Shown: positions 57,143-64,000 of the stretch, piece by piece | How positions within the stretch are numbered: the first letter of the stretch is position 1 | Layout of the letters: each line of letters begins with the position of its first letter | Made by a program: the position numbers and the translations under genes | Source of the DNA: an uncultured virus (IMG/VR IMGVR_UViG_2645727884_000004) | Taxonomy: Duplodnaviria; Heunggongvirae; Uroviricota; Caudoviricetes | Strand: one strand, 5' to 3' | Virus record (IMG/VR): IMGVR_UViG_2645727884_000004 | Location: 1 to 64,000 of that record | Length of the DNA: 64,000 nucleotides | The notes under the pieces: generated by a model | The model's database searches: none | What the model saw: the letters and a program-made list of their open reading frames with translations, nothing else | What the model was told of the DNA's origin: nothing

Positions 57143-59158
57143 ATGGAACAACCGTATGCCGACGGTGCCGCCGTGTACCTGGCGGCATACCGTCGAGGAC
57201 TGAAGCCTGACCCCGAACTGTGGATCGATGAGTGGGCGGACGAGTTCCAGATGATCCCGGCGGATACGGGGGCGGCCGAGCCGGGCAAGTACCACACCGA
57301 CCGGACCCCCTATGCGCGCGAGCCGATGCGTTGCCTGTCGCCGCTGTTCCCAGCCAAGCGCGTGGTGACGATGATCGCCTCGCAGCTGATGAAGACCCAG
57401 GTCGCCTTGAACTGGATCGGCGGCTGTATCCACATGGCACCGGCCAACATCCTGGTGCTGCTGCCCACCGAGAAGCTGAGCAAGCGGGTATCAGGACGGA
57501 TCGATAAGACGATCAAGGCCGTGCCTGTGCTGACCGCGCGCGTTGCCAAGGCCCGCTCGCGCGACTCGCGAAACACGCTCGACACCAAGGAGTTCGAGGG
57601 GGGCGCACTGTACTGCGCATCAGCCGGCTCGGCCTCCAACCTGGCCGAGTTGTCCGCTCGGTACGTGTACGGCGACGAAATCGATCGCTGGGAAATGGAC
57701 GTCGACGACGACGGCGACCCGGTCAAGCAGGCCGAGGCGCGCGGTTCGACGTTCGGCCGCCGCGCGAAGTTCTACTACTCCAGCTCGCCCACGCTGAAAG
57801 GCGTTTCGCGGATCGCCGACCTCTTCACCCAGGGCGACCAGCGGCACTACTACGTCCCGTGTCCGCATTGCGGAACGATGCAGGTGCTGGAATGGGAGGG
57901 CCTGAAGTACGACCCCGAGTACCGCCTTGTGCAGTACATGTGCTGCAACGAGGAGTGCGGCGCCCTGATCGAGGAGCACCACAAGGCGGCCATGCTGTCC
58001 GCTGGCGAGTGGCGAGCCCATGCCGTCGGTGACGGCGAGACCGTCAGTTTCACCCTGAGCGCGCTGTATGCGCCTCCCGGCTGGTTGACCTGGACGGACC
58101 TGGCGAAGGAGTACGACGAGGCCAAGCGTCTACAGGAGAAGGGCGATCCCGGGTCCATGCAGGTGTTCTACAACACCCGTTTGGCCCGGCTGTGGGACAG
58201 CGCCGAGGAAATGACCAAGGCGGACGAGCTGCGCAAGCGAGCCGAGGCCGAGGGGCATCGGCTGGGTCTGGTACCCGCCGGAGCGCTGCTGCTGACCGCG
58301 GCGGTCGATACCCAGCACAACCGCTTGGAAATGCTGGTGATGGGCTGGGGCGAGGGCCTGGAGCGCTGGACGGTCGATTTCCAGGTGATCCCCGGCGACC
58401 CGACCGACGAGCGTACCTGGGTGCTGCTCGACGAGCGCCTGAAGGCTCGATATCGGCACGTCAGCGGTGTGGACCTGGCCATCTGCGCGGTCTGCATCGA
58501 CTCGGGCGGTCACCATACCCATGAGGTCTACCAGTTCACCCGCCTGCGCCGCTGGCGAAACGTGCTGGCGGTGAAGGGGGCGAGCAAGCGCGGCCGCCCA
58601 GTGCTGGCCCAGCGGCCGTCCAAGGTCGACGTCACCTGGCAGGGCACCGTCGAGAAGAGTGGCGCCGAACTATGGATGGTCGGTACCGACACGGCGAAGG
58701 ACTGGGTCTACAACCGCTACCACCTCAAGGATGGCCCCGGGGCGTTGCACTTCTCCGCAGACCTGCCGCCTGACTTCTTCGACCAGTGCGTGGCCGAGCG
58801 CAAGGTGGTCCGCTACGTGAAGGGGTTCAAGCGCACCGACTGGGTCAAGGCCAAGTCGGAGCGAAACGAGGCCCTCGACCTCATCGTGTACAACCTGGCC
58901 GCAGCCCACTTCCTCAACCTGCATCGCTATCACGCTCCTCAGTGGAGCAGCCTGCGCGCAGCGGTAGGTCAAGGCAGCCTGTTCGCCGACCCAGTCGCCA
59001 CGGTGCCCAGCGCAGCCGACGAGGCGGACGAGCATGAGCCGCAGGGCGAGGCGCCAAGCGCCCCAGTGCGGCCGGCACCTCCCGCGCGGAGCGCGAACCC
59101 ACCATCCCAACCAACTGGCCGGCGTACCTCGCGCAGCGGGTATCTGAGCCGCCGATAG
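57143..59158 (+). CDS. Terminase large subunit (lambda gpA family)
   Basis: ASQLMKT, DEID, SSPT, VPCPHCG, RNEALD. Confidence 0.95.
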   Translation: MEQPYADGAAVYLAAYRRGLKPDPELWIDEWADEFQMIPADTGAAEPGKYHTDRTPYAREPMRCLSPLFPAKRVVTMIASQLMKTQVALNWIGGCIHMAPANILVLLPTEKLSKRVSGRIDKTIKAVPVLTARVAKARSRDSRNTLDTKEFEGGALYCASAGSASNLAELSARYVYGDEIDRWEMDVDDDGDPVKQAEARGSTFGRRAKFYYSSSPTLKGVSRIADLFTQGDQRHYYVPCPHCGTMQVLEWEGLKYDPEYRLVQYMCCNEECGALIEEHHKAAMLSAGEWRAHAVGDGETVSFTLSALYAPPGWLTWTDLAKEYDEAKRLQEKGDPGSMQVFYNTRLARLWDSAEEMTKADELRKRAEAEGHRLGLVPAGALLLTAAVDTQHNRLEMLVMGWGEGLERWTVDFQVIPGDPTDERTWVLLDERLKARYRHVSGVDLAICAVCIDSGGHHTHEVYQFTRLRRWRNVLAVKGASKRGRPVLAQRPSKVDVTWQGTVEKSGAELWMVGTDTAKDWVYNRYHLKDGPGALHFSADLPPDFFDQCVAERKVVRYVKGFKRTDWVKAKSERNEALDLIVYNLAAAHFLNLHRYHAPQWSSLRAAVGQGSLFADPVATVPSAADEADEHEPQGEAPSAPVRPAPPARSANPPSQPTGRRTSRSGYLSRR

Positions 59159-59169
59159 ACGAGGTCAGC

Positions 59170-59394
59170 ATGAGCACAGCGCAGCAGCGCCTGGACGAGG
59201 TCCGGGTGGCGATTCAGGACATCCTGAAAAAAGGGCAGTCGGTGCGCAAGGGAGACCGCCAGGTCGACCGCGCGCAACTGGCGAGTCTGCGCGTTCTGGA
59301 GCAGCAGTACGCCGAAGCCGCAGCCCTGGAGGCGGCTACGAACAACCGGCGCTCGCGCCAGGTTCGCCTCTACAGCGGAGGCAAGGGGATCTGA
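59170..59394 (+). CDS. Head-tail joining protein (gpW-like)
   Basis: 74 aa between terminase and portal; GQSV..GDR. Confidence 0.75.
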   Translation: MSTAQQRLDEVRVAIQDILKKGQSVRKGDRQVDRAQLASLRVLEQQYAEAAALEAATNNRRSRQVRLYSGGKGI

Positions 59395-60860
59395 TGGCTA
59401 CCCGATACCGAATCACGTCGAAGCGCATTCGCAACAGCTACGAGGGCGCTGGCACCGGACGCCGCGCCGCTGGCTGGGACGCGCCCGAGGCGGCGCTGAA
59501 TGCGGTAGCCATTCCGGCATTGCCGACCCTGCGCAAGCGCTCGCGAGCGGCGGTGAGGAATGACCCCTACGCCGCGAGCGCGATCAGCAAGCGCGTCAGC
59601 AACCTGATCGGCACCGGCATTACGCCGCGCGCACGTCTGGACGACGCGGTGCTGCGCGAGGCGTTGAACCTGCTGTGGGAGGACTGGGTAGACGAGTCGG
59701 ACGCGGATGACCGTACCGATTTCTACGGCCTGCAGATGATCATCGCGCGGATGGTCGAGGAAGCGGGCGAGTGCTTCGTGAGGCGCCGTAACCGGCGGCC
59801 GGAGGACGGCCTGGCGGTCCCACTGCAACTGCAGGTGCTACCGCCTGACTTCGTCCCGGTGGATCGCAATTTCACGACCCGCAGCGGCAACGTGGTGCGC
59901 GCGGGAATCGAGTTCGATGCCATCGGCCGCCGGATTGCCTACTGGATGTGGCAGAGCCATCCCGGCGATCCGGCAGCGCCCCGGCGCGGCTACAACCAGC
60001 TCAACCGCATCCCGGCGGACCAGGTGCTGCACATCTTCGAGCCGCTGGAGGGTGGCCAGTTGCGCGGTGTGCCGCGCTTGTCGCCGGTTCTCCTGCGGCT
60101 GAAGTCGCTGGATAACTACGACGACGCGGTGCTGTTCAGGCAGGAAGTCTCCAACCTGTTCGCCGGCTTCATCACCAGGCCTCGACAGGATGGGGCGCCG
60201 ATCTTCGATCCGTCGACCGGGCTGGCACCTGCGCAGGATCGCGACGGGACGCCGATGGTCGGCCTGGAGCCGGGGACCATGCAGGAACTGTTGGAAGGGG
60301 AGGAGGTGGTTTTCTCCGACCCGCCGGACGCCGGTAACACCTACGTCGACTTCATGCGACAGCAACTGATGGCAGCGGCGGTCGGTGTCGACCTGCCGTA
60401 TGAGCTACTCACCGGCGACATGGGCGATATCAGCGACCGCACCTTGCGGGTGCTGCTCAACGAGTTTCGGCGCCGGATCGAACAGGTTCAATTCAGCGTG
60501 TACGTCTACCAGCTCTGCCGCCCGGTGCGCGCGTGGTGGCTGGATACCGCGTACCTCAGCGGAGCAGTCGACCTGCCGGACTATCCGGCGCGGCGACGTG
60601 AGTTCCTGCGCACGCGTTGGATCCCGCAGGGCTGGGCCTACATCCATCCGGTGCAGGACGTCCAGGGCAAGCTGCTGGAGATCGGCGGAGGCCTCGCCAG
60701 CCGGAGCGAGCATGCGCTACGCACCGGATACGACGCCGAGGTGATCGACCGGGAGAACGCCCAGGACAACGCCCGGGCCGAGAGCCTGAACCTGCACTAC
60801 ACCACCGACACCGGGCAACCGGTGAGAGACCAAGGGGACACCCATGAAGAAACGCAATGA
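59394..60860 (+). CDS. Portal protein, lambda family
   Basis: LR.RSR..VRNDPYA, GIEFD..GR, GQLRGVP. Confidence 0.93.
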   Translation: MATRYRITSKRIRNSYEGAGTGRRAAGWDAPEAALNAVAIPALPTLRKRSRAAVRNDPYAASAISKRVSNLIGTGITPRARLDDAVLREALNLLWEDWVDESDADDRTDFYGLQMIIARMVEEAGECFVRRRNRRPEDGLAVPLQLQVLPPDFVPVDRNFTTRSGNVVRAGIEFDAIGRRIAYWMWQSHPGDPAAPRRGYNQLNRIPADQVLHIFEPLEGGQLRGVPRLSPVLLRLKSLDNYDDAVLFRQEVSNLFAGFITRPRQDGAPIFDPSTGLAPAQDRDGTPMVGLEPGTMQELLEGEEVVFSDPPDAGNTYVDFMRQQLMAAAVGVDLPYELLTGDMGDISDRTLRVLLNEFRRRIEQVQFSVYVYQLCRPVRAWWLDTAYLSGAVDLPDYPARRREFLRTRWIPQGWAYIHPVQDVQGKLLEIGGGLASRSEHALRTGYDAEVIDRENAQDNARAESLNLHYTTDTGQPVRDQGDTHEETQ

Positions 60861-62016
60861 ACAGCCCCTGGCGCTGGCCGCCCTGTGGGCGTTGCTGGGC
60901 GTAGGCACGCTCGCCGATCCGCGCATCCAGAACAAGGCGCAGGGCGCGCCGGATCTGCAGGCCGAGCACTGGTACAGCGTCAAGGCGCTGAGCGCTGAGG
61001 GTGCCGGCTCGGTCGCCTCCATCGAGATCTATATCTACGGCGAAATCGGCTTTTGGGGCATCACCTCCGCGGATTTCATCCGCGACCTGAAAGCAGTCGA
61101 CGACGGCACCTCTCCGGTACTGGTTCACTTCGACACCATCGGCGGCGACCTCTTCGACGGCATCGCCATCCACAACGCGCTCCGGGCCCTGGGCGAACGC
61201 TGCACCGCCCGGATCGACGGGGCCTGCTTCAGCGCGGGCAGTGTCGCGGCCTGCGGCGCGCACCGGGTCGAAATGGCCGACAACGCGCTGTTCATGATCC
61301 ACAACCCCTGGACCTTCGCGGCAGGCGACAGCGAAGACCTGCGCAAGGTCGCCGACATGATGGACCAGGCGTTCGAGGGCATCGTGGCGAGCTACCAGCA
61401 TCGGCCGCTGAATGTCGACGACGCCGAACTGCGCCGGATGATCGACGACGAAACCTGGCTCACCGCGCCCGAGGCGAAGGACAAGGGGTTCGTGGACGAG
61501 GTGCTCGGCGCGGCCGAGCCGGTCGGCGTGAATGCACGCCTGGGCAAGGTGCTGAATCGCTATCGCAACACGCCTGACGCGGCGCGCCGGCTGCTGGCCA
61601 GCCAGGAGCCAGCGGGTGACCTCCCCCCGACGTCGGCCGAACTGGCTGCGGAGCTGACGGCGGACTGCGCCCAGGCCGGTCTGGCCGACTGCGCGGCGTA
61701 TCTGATCAAGGCCTCGGGCCTGAAGGATCGCGAGACTGTGCGCGGGGCCTTGGACCGGGCGAAGGCCGTCCGGTCGGTATGCCTCGTCGCGAAAATGCCC
61801 AATGAGGCCAAGGCGCTCATCGAGGAGGGCCTGGATGCCGACGGCGCCCGTCTGCGGCTGTACGACAAGATCGTAGCGCGCAGCACCCAGGTGGAGATCG
61901 ACAACCGCGTGCCGACGGACGATCTGCCGCAGAACAAGGCTTACCAACCCCCGGCGCCGAGCGACGTGTACGCGAAGCGCCGGCTCAATGCCTCGAAAGG
62001 AGGAAAGCAAGCATGA
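60844..62016 (+). CDS. ClpP-like head maturation protease/scaffold
   Basis: IYGEIG.WG, GG..FDG.AI.N, SAGS, FMIHNP, ETWL. Confidence 0.9.
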   Translation: MKKRNEQPLALAALWALLGVGTLADPRIQNKAQGAPDLQAEHWYSVKALSAEGAGSVASIEIYIYGEIGFWGITSADFIRDLKAVDDGTSPVLVHFDTIGGDLFDGIAIHNALRALGERCTARIDGACFSAGSVAACGAHRVEMADNALFMIHNPWTFAAGDSEDLRKVADMMDQAFEGIVASYQHRPLNVDDAELRRMIDDETWLTAPEAKDKGFVDEVLGAAEPVGVNARLGKVLNRYRNTPDAARRLLASQEPAGDLPPTSAELAAELTADCAQAGLADCAAYLIKASGLKDRETVRGALDRAKAVRSVCLVAKMPNEAKALIEEGLDADGARLRLYDKIVARSTQVEIDNRVPTDDLPQNKAYQPPAPSDVYAKRRLNASKGGKQA

Positions 62017-62648
62017 CCATCAAGACCGAAGGCGTTCACGCCGGAGAGTTCCTCCTGTCGGAGGCCAACGGCTCGCGCAGCCGCGAAAACATCGTCATCA
62101 CCGCCGGCTCCGGCCGGCTGGTGGCGGGTACCTTGATCGCCCCCATCACCGCCGCCAATGCGCTGACCGCAACCGCGGCGGCAGGGAACACCGGCGACGG
62201 CACCGTCGGTGCCACCGTGGTGACCAGCGCCGCCATCAGCGGCACCTACGTGCTGGAAATCACCGAGGCCGGAGCCAATGGCGGCAAGTTCGAGGTGGTC
62301 GACCCGCAGGGACGCCAGGTGGGCACTGGTCAAGTCGGCCAGGCGTTCACCGGCGGCGGAATCGGCTTCACCCTTTCCGACGGGGCCACCGACTTCGTGG
62401 TGGGTGATCGCTTCACCCTGCAGGTGTTGGCAGGGCTCGGCGAGTGGACGCCCTACGACGACGACGGTGCCGATGACGGCCGTCGCGCGGCTGGCGGCAT
62501 TCTGTTCGGTCCAGTGGACGCCACGGATGCCGACGTCAAGGCGGTGGCCGTAGTCCGTGATGCCGAAGTGATCGCCAGCCTGCTGACCGGCCTGGATGCC
62601 GCCGGTGAGGCCGACCTCAAGGCGCTGGGCCTCATCCTTCGCACCTGA
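62013..62648 (+). CDS. Head decoration protein with inserted domain
   Basis: EFLLSEANG.RSRE N-terminus and AVVRDAEV C-terminus flank a Gly/Thr-rich insert. Confidence 0.8.
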   Translation: MTIKTEGVHAGEFLLSEANGSRSRENIVITAGSGRLVAGTLIAPITAANALTATAAAGNTGDGTVGATVVTSAAISGTYVLEITEAGANGGKFEVVDPQGRQVGTGQVGQAFTGGGIGFTLSDGATDFVVGDRFTLQVLAGLGEWTPYDDDGADDGRRAAGGILFGPVDATDADVKAVAVVRDAEVIASLLTGLDAAGEADLKALGLILRT

Positions 62649-62673
62649 CCCTCCTCCGTCCCTCAACCACCTC

Positions 62674-62697
62674 AAGCCCCGCCTGCGCGGGGTTTTT
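62674..62697 (+). terminator. Hairpin/terminator between decoration and capsid genes
   Basis: AAGCCCCGC-CTGC-GCGGGGTTTTT. Confidence 0.55.
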
Positions 62698-62715
62698 CAT
62701 TTCTGGAGTATCCAC

Positions 62716-63714
62716 ATGGCTGAAATCAGCATTTTCGAAGATGAGGCGTTCTCGGTGGAGGCGCTGCTGGCGGTGATCAACACCGATCACCCGGTGCCGG
62801 GGCAACTCGCCGCGCTGGGCCTGTTCGAGGAACAGGGTGTGTCCTCGCTGGTGGTGCAGATCGAAAAAGACGGCACCACGCTGCAACTGGTGGAGGCGAA
62901 AGCCCGCGGCGGCGTAGGCCAGGTCGTGACCGGTGACAAGCGTCAACTGGTCCCCTTCAACACCGTTCACCTGCCGCAGACGTTCCAGATCCTCGCCGAT
63001 GAAATCCAGGGCATCCGTGCGGTGGGTAGCCGGACCGAGCTGCAGTCCGCCGAGGCGGTCGTGGCCAAGCGCCTGGAAAAAGCGCGCCGCCAGTTGGACC
63101 TGACCCACGAGTATCAGCGCATCGGCGCCATCAAGGGCAAGATTCTTGATGCCGACGGTTCGACGGTACTGCTGGATATCTACCAGGCCTTCGGACTGAG
63201 GAAGCCCAAGCCGCGATCGCTCGAACTGGGTAACCCCGAGGGTGATCTGAGCGGCATTCTTGCCGACCTACTCGACGAGCAGGACGACGCGCTGGGCAAC
63301 GTCACCAGCACCGGTTCGCGAGCGTTCTGTGGCAAGAACTTCTGGGCCAAGTTCATCGATCACCCCAAAGTGCGCGGCACTTACCTGAACACTCTGCAGG
63401 CGGCGCAACTGCGGGGTGACCGTCGCCAGTCGTTCGAGTTCGGCGGCGTGGTCTGGGAGCGCTATCGCGGCAAGCATGACGGGGAGCCGTTCGTGGACGA
63501 TGGCAGTGCCCAACTGGTCCCGGAGGGGGTTCCGGACCTGTTCATCAGCGCCTTTGCGCCGGCGGACTACATGGAGGTCGTCAACACCGAAGGCCTGCCG
63601 TACTACGCCAAGCTTGAGCGTCTGCCCTTCGACAAAGGCGTGGCTGGGGAAGCGCAATCGAACCCGCTGCACCTGTGCACTCGCCCGTTGGCGGTGCGCG
63701 AACTGACCCTCTGA
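62716..63714 (+). CDS. Major capsid protein (lambda gpE family)
   Basis: LGLFEE.G, THEYQRIGA.KG, FAPADY, QSNPL. Confidence 0.92.
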   Translation: MAEISIFEDEAFSVEALLAVINTDHPVPGQLAALGLFEEQGVSSLVVQIEKDGTTLQLVEAKARGGVGQVVTGDKRQLVPFNTVHLPQTFQILADEIQGIRAVGSRTELQSAEAVVAKRLEKARRQLDLTHEYQRIGAIKGKILDADGSTVLLDIYQAFGLRKPKPRSLELGNPEGDLSGILADLLDEQDDALGNVTSTGSRAFCGKNFWAKFIDHPKVRGTYLNTLQAAQLRGDRRQSFEFGGVVWERYRGKHDGEPFVDDGSAQLVPEGVPDLFISAFAPADYMEVVNTEGLPYYAKLERLPFDKGVAGEAQSNPLHLCTRPLAVRELTL

Positions 63715-63716
63715 CC

Positions 63717-64000
63717 GTGGCGGGTTTCTCTGAACTGGTCGCCGACATGGACGAGATCATCGCCGACGTCCTCGGCGATGGTGAGTTTGGCTACCTGGAC
63801 CGCTCTGGCCGGCAGGTCGGCAATGCTGCGGTGATCGTTGAGGAAGGTGTTGAGCGCATGGAGGCCGGCGCCCTGGATCGCTACCGGACCATTGCGTGCC
63901 GCAAGGCCGAGTTGCAGCCCCTTGATCGCAAGGGAGCTTTCCTCGATTCCGATGGCCAGGTCTGGCGCATCGACGGCATCCATGCCGACGACGGCGACTG
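63717..64000 (+). CDS. Head-tail joining protein (partial)
   Basis: GTG start after capsid gene, open to window end (MAGFSELVADMDEIIADVLGDG...). Confidence 0.55.
   Translation, partial: MAGFSELVADMDEIIADVLGDGEFGYLDRSGRQVGNAAVIVEEGVERMEAGALDRYRTIACRKAELQPLDRKGAFLDSDGQVWRIDGIHADDGD

Larger units (their letters stand above)
37260..64000. mobile_element. Prophage 2, lambdoid, continues past window end
   Basis: att, integrase, CI/Cro/CII, primase-helicase, holins, gpA terminase, lambda-type portal, ClpP, gpE capsid. Confidence 0.93.

Noticed and set aside
1779..62010. Long antisense ORFs (e.g. 1779-3011, 15886-16917, 32029-33486, 60556-62010)
   Set aside because: Shadow frames of GC-rich genes that are well supported on the opposite strand.

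Overview
The window holds two prophages in tandem at the 3' half of a tRNA-Thr(TGT) gene. The host is GC-rich and Pseudomonas aeruginosa-like (inferred from the gene content). Prophage 1 (~235-37304) is a complete-looking phiCTX/P2-like myovirus. It has integrase/xis, a PAPS-reductase-like gene paired with a C5 methyltransferase, a primase-helicase replicase, Ogr, C/Cox, full tail/lysis/head modules and a cos site. It also has three AT-rich accessory loci: a LuxR-HTH pair, a HEPN-motif gene, and a TIGR04255-like three-gene operon where phiCTX carries ctx. Prophage 2 (37260 to beyond 64000) is lambdoid: related integrase, CI/Cro/CII, Prim-Pol helicase, Q-like gene, holins, and gpA terminase/portal/ClpP/gpE head genes. 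Its early left operon carries a complete diversity-generating retroelement (RT, template repeat, avd) with TWO tandem target genes. All 22 TR/VR mismatches (9 and 13) fall on template adenines, and the targets are small non-tail proteins. Other notable items: a recurring hairpin(CCTCTAC loop)+CACAGCAC motif in both early operons of phage 2, TGT-N13-ACA late-promoter boxes, two iteron-like arrays, and several homopolymer frameshifts that may be sequencing errors. Product calls come from recalled motifs and synteny; no database searches were run.
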